NCBI GenBank assembly: GCA_964234715.1
Contig: OZ174292.1
Strand: one strand, 5' to 3'
Source: Podarcis melisellensis
Lineage: Eukaryota
DNA length: 64,000 nt
Below, in pieces: positions 47,234-61,295 of this stretch (position 1 is the stretch's first letter; each line of letters opens with the position of its first letter). The notes below the pieces were generated by a model. It saw only the letters and a list, made by a program, of their open reading frames with translations. It did no database searches and was not told the origin of the DNA. Both the position numbers and the translations under genes were made by a program.

Positions 47234-47527
47234 CCCCACTCATCTGACTGTGTTGCCCCAGCCACTCTGGGCGGCTTCCAAAATATATAAAAACAGAATA
47301 AAACATTAAACATTAAAAACTTCCCTATACAGGGCTGCCTTCAGATGTCTTCTAATGATTGTCTCCTTGGCTCTGGGGTCATATAGCTCCATAACCTTCA
47401 ACATTTCTTCAATGAAAACAGGGACATCCTAAGGAAAAGTGGGACATTCCACTGATCAACTCAGAACCAGGACGGCTCCTGTAAATCCAGGACTGTCCCT
47501 GGAAAATAGGGACAGTTGAAGGGTCTG
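47146..47527. mobile_element. hAT-like MITE region containing an L2 3' end (about 47190-47360, minus strand)
   Basis: Termini ataccctccaac / gttgaagggtctg flanked by attaatt on both sides. Repeated gggac subterminal motifs, with (att)n plus an L2 end inside. Confidence 0.55.
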
Positions 47528-49435
47528 ATTAATTATATTGGGGGGATTCAATGTCACGCTATGACAAGCATTCTTCCTGCGCAAGCACTGCAGCATGACA
47601 GACGCCCTCCTTCTCCTTCACCTGTACGCAGTTCTTAGGGTTCTCCTGACCCCTCGCAAGTCAGTTTTTTCTCTCCTTCAGAAATTTAATATGTGGAACA
47701 AGCTTGTTCCTTCATCATAATATGCCCCCACTCTTTATTTGTTTATTTTGCCCTGGCCTGCATGCATTTCTGCAGGGGTGTGAAAGGTCATCTCTTTAAG
47801 CTCTAGGTAGCAAAGCACAGACAGATTTACAAGTTCTTGTCTGCATGTCATGCAGCCAAAACAGTGTCATCAACAGGCAAGGAGAGTTTACATTGTTTGC
47901 TGAAGTATCTTTAGAAAAGGAAATAAAAACCCTATATAATCCAGCATGGACTGGGCATGCTCAGTGCCCACAGAATGCTGACTGTTGTGTTAGGGGGGCA
48001 GGGAAGAGGGAGGTGCAATGGAATAGACCCTGAAGTATAGCCACATGCAATGGTATAGCTTGGAAGGGGAGCTTGGCTGGCTGGCTCACTGGAATGTGGA
48101 ACAGGAGTACTCAGCAGCACGGCAACATTTTGTTTTTCTAAACCACCCAGCATCAAAACGAGTCTTGTGTCTCACGGGGCAGGGGGACGGGGCGGGGACG
48201 GGACAAATCAATTCTCTGACTGAAACACAGGGGCAGAGTTAAGGTTATTTCTACTGCTAACTTCCCTGTTGCACTCCCCATTTTGTTTGATGGCCAACCT
48301 GAATGTTCTCCTGGGAAAGGAGATGCTGTTCATTCATTCTCTTTCACTATCACAAGGTGTTTGGCTAATAATAGCATGGTTCAAGATTAAAAGCACCTCA
48401 GTCAAAGTTGGCTTTGTCACCGTCAGACAAAGGTCAGCTGTGTCATCTTCTCTCTCAGCATCTCACTTTGTCCCAGCTGTAAAGGAAACTGAGGAGCCCA
48501 GGGCTACCGAACTGCAGGGCCTGGAAAACGCAACTGGGTCATTTGAATCCGGAAAACCCAGGAGAAACAGCTTCCCTTACAGACAGCTTTCCATCAAGTC
48601 CCAACTGCACATGATGATGGCGCTCTGAAATCTGCAAAAGATCAGACGACTAGAGAGATTACTCACAGATACATGTCACATTCTTCTGACTTTAATTTTC
48701 TTAATGCAAAGCGGCCTCAGAGGCTGCAATCTTGAGCGAGGAGTGACTGGTCAGAAGCTGTAAGAGGAGTACTTAACCTGCTGTGTGTTTTTCCTCTTGA
48801 ATTTTCCACCCTCTCCTGTTGTTTTTCTCCACCTGAGGCTGCCTTACAGTTGCTTTTTAAAACTGAGAAAAAGATTACACCCTTGGAGCCTTAATGGGAC
48901 ACACCACTTGCCAGCTTCAGAGAGCAGGAATAGACTGGATCTTGGTGGTGGCTGTTCTCTGTTTGAGATACTCCTTCCCACTGCAGATTCAGTCCAACCT
49001 TGATGAAATTTCATAAGAATGGTAAAGCCTGCTGGTTTGGGCTGACTGAGGCTCAGAGTGGGTCGAAGGAAATTAGGCACAAGGTTAATCTGACCTCTGT
49101 GTGGGGCTAGGCGGGGGCATACTCTTGATTCTCTGAGCCATCAGGAGAGGCATGTAAGGGGGGGTGGATGGATGGATGGATGGATAGATGGACCTCTCAG
49201 CAGCTTTTGACACTATTGGTGTTCTGGAACCTCTCAGATAGAAGTTGGAAGGACTGTATTACAGTTGTTCTACTCCTACTTGCAGAATCACTACCTGAAA
49301 GTAGCACTAGGAGAACATTGCTCAGTTCCTTGGCTTTGGGGGCAGTGTGTGATATTTAATATCCATATGAAAATGTTGGGAACTCTCATCCTGGGACTCA
49401 GCTGCATTAGTAAATAAATATGTGTTATAACACCG

Positions 49436-49453
49436 TGACACCAGATGGCGCTG
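49436..49453 (+). promoter_or_regulatory. Candidate CTCF site
   Basis: TGACACCAGATGGCGCTG resembles the CTCF core CCACCAG(A/G)(T/G)GGCGC. Confidence 0.45.
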
Positions 49454-49864
49454 TGGAGTTCCATCTTTCACCAACGTGATTTCCCCCTTTGAGGTTTGCA
49501 ACGAGTTTTTTTGAAATGCTTTTTTTGATGTGTCTAGATCCAGCCCTGGGCTTTGGAAGTACAGGGACATTGGTCTCTCCTTGTCTCTGGAATCAGGAGA
49601 AGCTGTGAAGGTGTTGGGCAGGTGTCTAGAGGCAGTGGTGGACTGGATGGTAGCCAACAAATACTGAGTCCGACGGAAGTGCTGTTGGTCGGTGGTTCCC
49701 ATGTCTGGGAATTAGGTGACCACTTCTTCTGGGAGGAACTGCCCTCCCGCTGAAGGAGCAGGTTTATGGTCTGGATTCCAACTAGTCACAGGAGTCAAAT
49801 GTGGCTAGGAGGGCTTATGCCCAGCCTAAACTGGTTCACCAGCCATGGCCATTCCTATATTGGG

Positions 49865-50530
49865 ATAGAGTGGTCTCCGTTGTCCATGCCCTGGTGACTT
49901 CCTCCCATGCACTGCATGTGGGGCTGCCCTTGTAGACAGTCTGCAGGCTGCCGCTAGTGCAGAATGTGAGTGCTAGTAAGCACTGTTGCCTGGTGGGACC
50001 CTGGGTCTGGAATGTACTGTGTTGGCTGACAAGGAGCTACTGGGCCAAATTCAGGGTGCTAGCACTAGCATATATTGGGACCCAGTATCTAAAAGCAGGC
50101 CTCCCCCAATATCAACCACCTCAAGCCTTCTTGGCGGTGCCTTCACTAAGGGCTGCCTGGTTTGTGTTGACTTGTAACAGGGCCTTCTGATAGTGGTTCC
50201 AAGTTTGGGACCTTCAAAAGTGAGGTGTGTCTGCCACCTTCACTATTGACAGGAGAAATTTTTAAATGTTCCTGTTTACCTAGGCATTGGTTACCAAAAG
50301 GTGCTGTTCCTGGCAAATCTGAATTAACTGTTTTACTTACAATATGAAGCTATAGTGTTCTTTGTATTTTTGCAACTGAAAATTAAAGAATTTTTTTAAT
50401 GTCCTTATAATGTTTTTAAAACTCTCTTCAAAATGCCTTTAACTGTTTTCAGAATTTTTAACAAAGTTTGTTATTGCTGTGTCTGCTGCCCTGGGCTCCT
50501 TGGGGAGGAAGGGCAAGCTATAAATCGAAA
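49865..50530 (+). mobile_element. Old L2 LINE fragment
   Basis: gtccatgccctggtgacttcc, gggctgcccttg, aattcagggtgctag, cagggccttc, with end gctgccctgggctcc..gggaggaagggc. Confidence 0.7.
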
Positions 50531-51982
50531 TAATCATGATCATAATGTCTGGGAAGTGAGCCTGCCACCAGCTTCCATTCGCCAGGGCATGGAATGAAAA
50601 GTCACCCCTTTGCCTGGCCAGGGACTTTGCCTTGCCAGACAGGACAGACAAAGCTCTGCAGTCTTCCATCCCAGCAGGTCTCCTCTGCAACCCCGCAGCC
50701 TCCCTGTGCTGCGGAAAGACTCCTCAACCGGCAGTTTCCCTGAGTCGATATCTGCTCCTACCTACTGGGCTGCTCCACTTGTCATAGGAAGCCAGATGTC
50801 CCACTTTGGGAAACACCCTTCTGCAAATATAGAGATATGGGGCGGCGGGTGGAGTGGGGGAGGGAGAGGGTGAGTGGCACCAGCACAGGAATCTTCGGCA
50901 TGCCCTATTTATTTCAAACGCTGGAGGGCGGGGGGAGCTGCAGGAGAAACGTCCAGTCATTTCTGCTCCGAGCGCCTTCTCCAAGTGAATTCTTGCTCTG
51001 TTTTATGTGCTCAGCTTTTATGTGCCAGGATTGTCTCAGGGATGCTGAGACATTATTCAGCATGATGCAGCGTTGCTTGTTCTGGACCCCCACCCCTGTT
51101 ACCTGAATTGCCCTTGTTTATGAGACCAAGGTCACCCACGACAATATATTTTATTACGGAAAAACTGTCAAAGACATGTTCAGAGATTTCTCGAACACTT
51201 GCTAAAATATATCTGGTCGTGATAACTATTTGCATAAAAACCCTTCAATCATCTACGTACTGAGAAATCCAAATCTGATGTGAATGAGTCATGTAAATAA
51301 AATAAGGCACAACAGCAGTGCACTCTCTTGATTTCCCTACGTTAATCCAATTGGACAGTGTACTTTGGGATGGGGCATCTTTGGCAGGGAACAGCGTTGT
51401 CCCGGGGTTATTTCCATCTCTCCCCCAGCCCACGGACTTTAGGAAGAAAGGCAAGGCAACAAACACAGAGACTCAAATGGGCAGAGATGGGAGGCTGTGG
51501 CCCTGGTGGCGGAGCAGCAATGCTTGCTTGAACCAGAGCTTGCCACATCTCAGCTCCAGAACCTATTTCAAATGATAAGGCTCAGTAAAGTTGCCACCTG
51601 TATTTCTTGCAGAGATTCTGTGGCCCTCCAAATGTTGCTGGGCTATCAGCCCAGCCAGCATGGCCAATGGCCACTGAGGATGGGAGTTGTAGTTCAGCAA
51701 CATATAGAGGACTACAGGTCAGGCACCCCGGTTTAATGGGTAGAAATACCTGCCTGCCAGGTAGAAATCCCATAGGTGAAGCTTTCCCCGTGAATCCTCG
51801 ATCACTGACCATCCTGGCTTAGGCTGATGGGAGTTGGAACTGAACAATATCTAGATAGCCACATGTTCCTAATCTCTGGTATAGTGAGCAGAGTGCTGGA
51901 CTAGGACTGGATTCAGTCCTCCCTTGGCTACAAAGCTCACTGGGTGACCATGTGCCAGGGACTTAAGTCTCAGCCTAACCTA

Positions 51983-52036
51983 AAGGTAAGGCAAAGGACC
52001 CTGGGATGGTTAAGTACAGTCAAAGGCGACTATGGG
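51983..52036 (-). mobile_element. Sauria SINE 3' tip
   Basis: aaggtaaggcaaaggaccctgggatggttaagtacagtcaaaggcgactatggg. Confidence 0.7.
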
Positions 52037-52059
52037 TCATCCCGCTATACAGGATTGTT

Positions 52060-52322
52060 TTGTTTTGTTTTGCATTCACATAAACAATGCTCTTCTGTAT
52101 TTATCACAGTATCAAATATTTCTCTCGCACATAAACACATAAAGTACAACAAAGTAAACAGAAGTCCCAATAGATCAGTTCATGCATAGAGTCCAAATAT
52201 TTGCTAGTTTCTGTTCCACATATGTCTTTGCATGTTCATAAAATCCAAATGGGAGCTTACTACAGTTCCACAGAATCTTGACAAGGATTTCCAGAATAAT
52301 TCCTTGTTTCACCCTCCTTACT
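52060..52322 (-). pseudogene. TSD-flanked retro-insert resembling an mRNA 3'UTR end
   Basis: 16-bp TSD GCTATACAGGATTGTT (52044-52059, 52323-52338) and a minus-strand A-rich tail (caaaacaaaacaa). Confidence 0.55.
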
Positions 52323-53444
52323 GCTATACAGGATTGTTGAGAGGATCAGAAGGCAGGAACCATGTCTGCCCGCTTAATCTCCATGGAGGAAAAGTTGGGA
52401 TTTAAATTTAATAAATCAACGAATGTGCCCCCAACTTCACTCCCCTCTCCTCCCCTCCCCTTGCTTTGTTTCAGGGCTTCCTCGGCTGAGCTATCTCTGA
52501 CATGATGGCATCCTTCCTGGTCAGAGTCGTAGTGACATTCCAGCATGACAAATTCCAAGCTGTGCCTGTTTGGAAACTTGTGCTAGCTAGCCTTTTAATT
52601 CAGAAAAGCAATATTCTAGAGAATAACCCCCCACACACACACACACTTTCGCATTCACACACCCTTGGGAGTCCTCTATCCACTGCTTGATTCTTGAGGT
52701 TTTTTCCCTTTGCATAATTATTTTTACAAGCTTCTGAGAAGGTGGCCAAGGAAATAGAGCTCATAGGAACAGATGAGCGGAATTTCCAGCTGGCTGAAGT
52801 TAATTATAGCAAGAGCTCCCTGGGAGTACAGGGGTTGTGGAACAGGAGGCCCCAGCAGGGAATGGAGTGCCAAGTGCCCTCACTGCCCTCATCTGAAGCC
52901 CATTTAGCCAATGGCCCTCCCAGGGACACCTTTACCCCCCTGCCTCAGAATCTAGGAGAGCCGTAAAGTGTGAAGTCAAATGTAAAGGCCTCGGCCCAGA
53001 AGAAAGATTCCAAAAGAAATCTGCATTAGGGCAATTTCATCAGTATCAGATTTTATTTGTCAACCAAATACAGGTTATAGCCAAAAACAAACATAAAACA
53101 GACAGATCTCCAAAAAACATATTATATCACCTATAATTAAAACATTATAATACACAACACAGATATACACACTGTCTTTCTTAGACCAGCCAAAATGCCA
53201 CAAAACAATATTGCAAGCTGTACAGGGCTCCACTGTCTGCAGATCTTGCCGCTCAGGCGAATGAGATTGGAAGAAGCGCTTACATTTACACCAGGTCAGA
53301 TGAGGGGTAGCCCTCCGGGTGTTGCCAGACTACAACTTCCATAATCCCTGCCTAGTGGCCATTCTGACCGAGGCTGATCAAAGTTGTAGTTGAACAGCAT
53401 CTGGCTACCAAGCAAGGTTGTTTGGTGTAGTGGTGGTAGAGGAG

Positions 53445-53580
53445 NNNNNNNNNNNNNNNNNNNNNNNNNNNNNNNNNNNNNNNNNNNNNNNNNNNNNNNN
53501 NNNNNNNNNNNNNNNNNNNNNNNNNNNNNNNNNNNNNNNNNNNNNNNNNNNNNNNNNNNNNNNNNNNNNNNNNNNNNNNN
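53445..53580. other. Assembly gap
   Basis: Run of N. Confidence 1.
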
Positions 53581-53737
53581 TGCTAAATACCAGTACTGTC
53601 TCTTAAGTGGTGTTACTTTTGGGGAGATGATGTTCCTTTAACAACTATAACTTTCTGTCTTGTTCTCTGCCTGCTTCTTCCAGAATGTAAACCAGATAGG
53701 GGGTCACTTGGAGACTTTTTATTGACTGAATAATAGG

Positions 53738-53739
53738 AG

Positions 53740-53774
<35 letters not shown>
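53738..53774. repeat. (GTT)n microsatellite
   Basis: Direct reading. Confidence 0.95.
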
Positions 53775-56700
53775 ACAAGAATCAAAGCAGCCATGTTGGT
53801 CCATAAGAAAACTTTCAAGATCTATAGTGTGTTATGCCTTTTTTAGGACTGACTAAAACGTCACAAAATGCTGAGCATGCTTTTCAGATGATGTGGCAAA
53901 AGCACTAGAAATCTGCAGCACTCTTCTTCTTTCCAAGGACACTATAAAGGGCTCTCCTGGAATTTCCTTTCAGTGAGCATTGCTGGTGTTCTATAGTCTA
54001 AAAGAAACAGAACGAGGGTCCCTGGAGGCAATTCTTGCTCTCCACTTGCAATCATTTGTTTGGGTTTTTTTGCCTCCCACATAAGTCTCTTATATGCGTA
54101 ATGTAGTGATGTACATGGGGTTGTATTCTTGAGGCGGCATATCCTCACATACGTATATTTTTCACCCTAAGTCATGCTCAGCCACAGGATCTGTAGTCTC
54201 AAAGCATATGTAATTTTGTGATTCCCACTGAGGCATATTTTGCTGTAGATCATGTCATATTTGGGACGGGGCACTTCCAGACAACCTGTTTAATGAGCTT
54301 TTATCCTGATTTGTGTACAGGGAGATCAGGCAATGTTGGTTATTTAATGAATGTTCATTCTGATCTGTTTGTGAGAAGGTTAAATGGTGCTGCATCAAAG
54401 CCAGTCTTAGCTCACACTTTCCAACAAGTTTCTCTGTCACTTTCCAGATTGCAAAAAGTCCTGGTTTTGGGGGAAGGGGGTTCACAGTCAGATACAAGTG
54501 TACAACCTGCATTTGTCATTATGTGATTGTATCCCACCTGAAAACCGTCTGGAAGAGCCATGGGTTATAATAATCTAAAAATCAAACCTGACAAATACAG
54601 CAATATTAACAGTTATTAAGAAGGACAGTTAAAATAAATAACAGAGACTAAGAGAGTGTGTTGTATAAACAGCTCTCGGGGTTGTGGGGGAATCTATGCT
54701 TGACAGAATAGGCTAAAAGTCAGGGCTGCAAATCATTGGTGGTCCACCATCAATGATGGGCCTTACCTGACTTGCTGGCTTGCTTCAGCTTTTTCTCAAT
54801 CTCGCCCCCGCCCCCCTTCAGCCTTTCCTTTGACTCTGTTTCAGGCTGCTCACCATGGTTACCAAATAACTGTGTGAGCATCTTTCATTGGAATACCTAC
54901 TTGCAAATCTGCCATTTTAGATTTCATTTGTAAGCAAAGGTGAGATTTTAAAAGCAGTGGTGAGATTTTCAACCAAGTTTAAAGGCCCTTTCTTGTATAT
55001 ATTCAAGAACAAATGGCAAAAAATATTTTAACAGTGTGCAGTGTGTTAATATATACAGTAGATGCTGGGCAGATAAACAGGGAGATAGGTAGGCAGCAAT
55101 GTTATTTGTACATTGTAGTCAAGAAGAGGGATATGTGTCTTTTGCATGCAGGGGGGTACCTGCCAAGGGTGCAGGCCCAGAGCCGGTGCAAAAATCGCAC
55201 CTCTCCAGAGGGGCTAGGAGTATGCTATCTGCACACTTCCCAGGCTGCTCCTTGCCAAGGGCACAAGGGATGGGGGTGAGGTACCAATACAGCTCCTTGC
55301 CAAGGGGGTCCAGGTATGCCTCTGTTTGCATGCATGCCTAGTGCATATGCCCATTTAATTGTTCCCATGCGTCAGTGTGTGCACAACTAGTGAGTTTCCA
55401 GAACTAGCAGCACTCTGAGGAAATAAACTATATGTTGTTCTTAAACCTGCAGGAGTACTTTAAAAGCTTAGTGAATGCACACCTTCTTATTCGCCAGGTG
55501 TAGCTGGTGTTCAGAGCAAGCTAAGCAAGCTAAAGTATATCTCCACATTTGGCCTGGCAGATGGCCGTACCTGGCTGTGGTCTGAGAACAAAGGAAGCAA
55601 CCACAGGGTGAACAGGGAGCTCACACAGATCCCAGCTCTGGCAACTTTTGCAGTCCGGAAGGTGCTGTGGGGATGTTGGCTGACCATCCTTTATTACTTA
55701 CTAATGATCATTTTTCATCAGTGAAAGCGAACTGCAGGAGATGCGTTCCTGATAACTAAGAACCTCTCTCCAGTTTTTGGAATGTAACACCCATTGGAGT
55801 TTGTCTCTTTAGCCCTTGAGCTAGGCAGCAGGGATGGCAGAAAAATGTGGAGCCAATGTGCAGTTTGGCTCAGAGAGAGAAATAGTGAGCTGGAAGGCTG
55901 CACCATGGGATTCAATTCTAGGCCATTCTCTGGGAATCTGAGGTGGTGTCAGTCATTGCCAGCTGCAGCAGTGCTGCTTTGCTCCATGGCAGAGTGCCAT
56001 TCAAACATTTAACATCCTTCTTATCCTCCACCCCACCTCACCCATAATCTAAATTGGTAGACTTCTGGAAAAAGTTTTTCTGCCTCTTTCAGTTGACTGT
56101 GTTAACTAAACCTGAGGATAAATGAGGGCGAGACATGAGCGAACCCTGCCAAATTGCTCACAGGCCTTCCTAGGGCATTATGCCCTTCCAACTACCCCTT
56201 TACCAGTTTAGGGGTTGCAGTGTCTTTCACTAAAACTATTCCTTACAGCAGAATGGTTTAGCAATCATACTCACATGATGCCCATGAATGCAATTTAGTA
56301 CTGTCCAATTTAAGCTATTGCATTGAATAAGCTATTGCAGTTTGAATAAGAACAGGAGTTACCGTAACTGGAATCCTTAAATAAACCTGGTGTTGTTACT
56401 GTAAGAATATGGTGCTTCTCCTCACCCGGGATCTGCAGAGGTTGCTGAACTATATCTCTCATCAGCTTGGCCAGTCTGTCAAGGATGATGGGAGCTGAAG
56501 TCCAGGACAGCTGGAGAGCACCATGTTTACTTTCTCTCCTGTAAGGTTTGTGGAAGAAGCATCCCTTAAAGTGTTAATGGCCTGTTAATGGCTCTGCTAG
56601 TGGTATGGACAGTTGCCTAAGGGAGCTGGATGTGCAAGCCCTGTGGTGTGGAAGGAGAAGGCATGGAAGCCAAGCTAAGTCCCCGTTCTGGAAACAGCTG

Positions 56701-59700
56701 CCTCATGATAGTTGAAGGATATACGGTACCTGCATCTGGACTTTTGTCACTTCAGACTGCAGGTTCTCACAATGGAGGGCTTTTTCATACAAATATATTC
56801 CCTTCTCCCTGACAGGCTAGTTGGAGGAGCCTCCCAACATGTGAGTTGTGGCGCTTTAGCAAAAAAACCAAAACATTAAGGGTGGGGGGGAGGACATGCC
56901 TTGTGGGGAGTGACTTCTCGCTCCTCCTCTCTCAAATATCATGCAGATCGCGTTCAGAATTGGGGCTTTTGAGCTACAGTGACACAAAACCGTTTGTTTC
57001 TAGAGACTCAGAACCTGTTGCTCAAGAAGAGGCAACAAGAAAGCCTTGCCCTCCTCCTTGCAGGATGAGGAGAGGGAGCAAGGAGAAAAAAGAAAAGAAG
57101 CGAGAGAGCGGGGGCGGGGGAGGGGAGGGGAGGGAGGAAGAGGGAGTGCAGAGGAAGTAGGGGAAATATAAACTGCATCCTGTATTGAATCAATACAGGA
57201 CATAGCATTTTACATTGGAATAAGGGACAATTCTGTCTTACACAGGTTGGGTGCCAACCCCAGTGAAGGACCTACACTCTCACCTCTGGACTTCAGAAAC
57301 AGGAGGAAGTCTGAGTGGTCACTCAGACCTTGATGTGGATTGAAATCAGGCAGAAAGCAGTATAATGGACATATTTAGCTAAGATTGCCAGATTTAATTT
57401 TGAAAAGCCCCCAGCAGAAGCAGTGAATTCTGAGCCAGTGTGGAGTAGCGTATGGTAGTGAGTCAGCTCTGAGGCCCTGATTCATGCACGTCTGCTCCGC
57501 CATAAAGCCTGAGCAGTCCCGACCTCTCCGATTCATCTGCTTCGCAGGGTTGTTGTGTGGCTATAAAGGGGGAGGGGAGGCCACGGGAACCACCATCAAT
57601 GCTGCTGGATATAAATAGGGTAGCCAGTTGACCAGAAGGGGGTGAGGGAGAGAACAGCCTGGCCAATTCTTATGCCATTACGAGCCTGGGAAGCTGACTT
57701 AGACTTAGGGCTTTTTCACATTTTCTCTCGTCCCACTGTTTCCCCCAGGGAAACTGCTCTTTAGCGCTCAGATGGATCAAACAGCAACAGAAGTGTATTG
57801 GGCTCCCTTGCGCCCTTGGCAAGGAGGTGTATTGGAGCCTCTAAAGCTGGGAGAGACCATGGACCAGAAACTCAAAAAGTTTGCTTTTTGTCACTTTTCA
57901 CACTCTGCCAGTGACTTCTTACGTGGCCATTGGGGTCAGGTTTGCTCTGCTGCTCCTCCTCCATTGGTCCATCTGTCTGCCTCCCTCCCTCCCTCCCTCC
58001 CTTTTTCTTCCTCCTGCAACTCTTGCCCACTCTCTCCATCTTCTGGGTGCTCCACTCTAATAGCGCCCCTTCCTGACAGGGGAGGGGGCCCCACAGGGCT
58101 GCTGTGACAGCCCACACCAATGACCAGATTCCTCCACTGAGGTGCCCAGAAGATCTGGCCACACAATATTTATTTATCTATAACATTTTGGGTCTGCTCT
58201 TTGGCCATAAGGCTCCTCAAGCAGACATTGATCGGTATCAAATCTATTCAATTGCATGCCCACCTGCGCATCAATACACACCTGTGCAGATACCTACATA
58301 CCTTTTGTTCTATAGAAAAAACCTGCAGGCTGCAACCCAGCAAGAGCCACAGCTGAGTGGCAGGGCATCGCAGGTTGCATGCAAAAGGTCCCAGGATTGA
58401 CCCCCAGCATCTCCAAGAAACATCCCCATTTATTTGCATGTTGCTTTCCCATGCTTAAGGTGGTTTACAACAAGGGGAGGGGGGATTACATGATTTGCAA
58501 TTACAAAATATGGCAACATTTAAATATTCAAATAATATGTTAATGAAAACATTCTCATTGAGAATCATATAATAAAATCAAACAAATCTCTCATCATTCA
58601 TAGCAAACCTTAACAATACAAAAACATAATTCAAATAACAGCAAAAATAACACCCCAACGAAAGCTTCTCAATACCCCTTTGCCCAACATTCTCTGAGAC
58701 ATTTTGGCACGTGAGGCAAACGACAAAATGCCTCCGCTCTCCCTGCTAGAGAAGAAGTGGGGAGTGAAGGTCTACATCAGGAGCAAGAGGGGAAAGAAAG
58801 ATCTGCATTGGGATCTGCTGCCCCTGTGGATCCTGTCACCTGAAGCAGCTGTCTCACCTTGTCTCATGGGTGGGCCGGCCCTGCATCCTGAGCAGCATCT
58901 CCCCCCCCCCCTTCTCACTGAAACCCCAGAGCAACCTTTGCCAACCAGACTACCCTGTAGAACAATTCACCTGAATATGGGGTTGGGGAAATTTGAATGC
59001 TTAAAATAGTTGTTTTAATGGTTTTTACCGATAATGTCATTGTTTGTTTTTCTTGTTATAAAGTGCTTTGAGGGTTAGGGTTTTTTGGGTTTTTTACAGT
59101 CAAGTGGTATATAAATTTTATGAAATAAAATAAATAATATTTCACTATTCTCATGTTCAAACCATTTCTAATCCTTGCTGCTAACACAAATAATCTCAAA
59201 TTTGCTTGTTTGCTCCTTAAATTATGTTGACCAAAACAGATGCAATAGTCCAGCTAAGCCCTAAATGGTGCTCATATTTCCTTGTAGCTTACATATGATA
59301 TTCCACAGCAGCTCCTAAGCCAAGATAACTGTTGGTCATTTTCTTTTTATTTCTCATATGTAATGGTTTGAATGTGCTCAATTTAATTTTATTGCTTCCA
59401 GCCTGGTGTTCAAATAAACCAAAATAATTTTAGATTTAAAATCACATCCTCTGCAGTCGTTGCGACTAGCAACATTTATATGTTTTAATTATCTGAAAGA
59501 CCAGATGAGTTTCCTTCACTCAAGTCATTACGAAATGGTGCCATTCTAGTGGAATGCTGCCTGTTACCTCCTCCCAGCAAGTTGCAAAGATTATTGATCT
59601 ATTGGTTCCAAGGAAAGAGATGAGGAAAGAGATTTGCTGGACAAACTTCTTTTGGTGTATGTGTGTGAAAGTTGGTCCAATAAAAGGTATCAGGTTACCT

Positions 59701-59838
59701 GTTCTGTGTCTCTGCAGTTTGACACTGAGCCGTGACGCGCTGCATTCACTTTATGGAGGTGCCTTCTAATCTGCCTTACTGCTGTTGCTGCTGCTGCTGA
59801 TAATAATAATAATAGGAACAAATGATTGCCACTAGTAA

Positions 59839-59869
59839 TCAAATCAAAACTTTATTAGCAAAGCCAACA
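59839..59869 (-). mobile_element. 31-bp extreme 3' tip of a LINE/SINE
   Basis: 15-bp TSD GATTGCCACTAGTAA. Insert reverse complement is tgttggctttgctaataaagttttgatttga. Confidence 0.7.
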
Positions 59870-61009
59870 GATTGCCACTAGTAAAACTTTAAATAGTTTG
59901 TTATTATTTCATAGCACATATATGTCACATCATTTTTCACAGTGAAAACAACCGTTTCAAAGATGGCTAAATGCTTCGTCATGCAGTGCTTAATTTGTCC
60001 TGAGGAACTCAGGCCTACATGGCATTGTGATGGCTTTTAAACAAATTGAAGATAGGTTTATGAAAGGTATTCAGAGATAGTATGCCTCTGAATACCAGGG
60101 GGCAGAGACTAATAACAGGGAAGGGGTCCAAATTGAGAACCTTGCCTTGCTTGAGAGTCCGCCTGTCATCTCTGTGTGGTCCCTGTCAACAGACAACAGG
60201 GTTAACTAGGCCACTGGTCTGACTGCATATGGCCATTTTCACGAGTGTAAGAATGACCCTTGGTGACGGCAAAGAGTTTTCTCTTAAGCAGAAAAGCAGA
60301 AGCTCATGTGAAACAGAAATCTAGACTGGATATCCTAGCTACAAACATGGTTAGGAAGTAGCAGCCTCTTTGTGTCCAGGAATAAGGGAGAATTTTAAAT
60401 GAACTGAGCCCATTTGCATATGATGGACTGGAACATATTTGCCTTTCACATTTTGCACTTCTCTGAATTTTGTGATATACAATTCCCATCTCAAATAATG
60501 GATCAAAATGCATTAAAAAGATACATAATTTAGCTTAGCATAAAACACATTTGGAAATTCAAATATTGACACGAATTACACATTTCAATACCTGTTTTGT
60601 GGTAAAATTTAAATTTATGTTTAACATGTACTGAAACTGGATTTTTTAAAAACCACAAAGGTTTAATACGAACAACAATGCACTACCCAGAATGGCAGAG
60701 CAGATAAAATATTAATAATAACAGCAGTTATTGCCTTTAAGACTGTAGGACAGGAGTGGGGATCCTGTGGCCTTCGGGATGCTGCTGGACTCAAACTCCC
60801 ATCAGCTCAGCCAGTGGGGATTATGGGGATTGTAGCCCTGCAACATCTGGAGAGCCAAAGGTTCCCCATCCTTGCTGTGCAGAATATTTCCTTCCTTCTG
60901 CCGTAATCCTGTCTGAACTAACATCTTTTTAAAGCCTTGGTATACAGCTACAGCTTAAGTTAGAACAAACAAAGGCAGAGTCAGCAACAACTGTCCCTCA
61001 GTGTGTGAC

Positions 61010-61295
61010 ATAAACAGGGCATCACCAAAGAGAAGGCCCCTTCCCACACCACAGTATAAAGATCTTAAACACGGGAGATCTAGTTCTGGGAGGGGCGCTC
61101 CTTTCGCTATCCAGGTCCCGAGTCATTCAGGGCTTTATAAGTCATCACTAACACCTTGAATTTGGCCTAGAAGTGTATAGATAACCAGTACAAGTATTCC
61201 AGAATGATTCCAGCTGCCAGAGCTGGTTAGCAGTCTGGCAGCCGCCTACTGCACCAGTTGAAGTTTCAAGGCCATTTTCAAGGGCAGCCCCACAA
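61010..61295 (-). mobile_element. Old L2 LINE fragment
   Basis: cagggctttataagtcatcactaacaccttgaattt and ttcaagggcagcccca, similar to 34700-34780. Confidence 0.7.
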
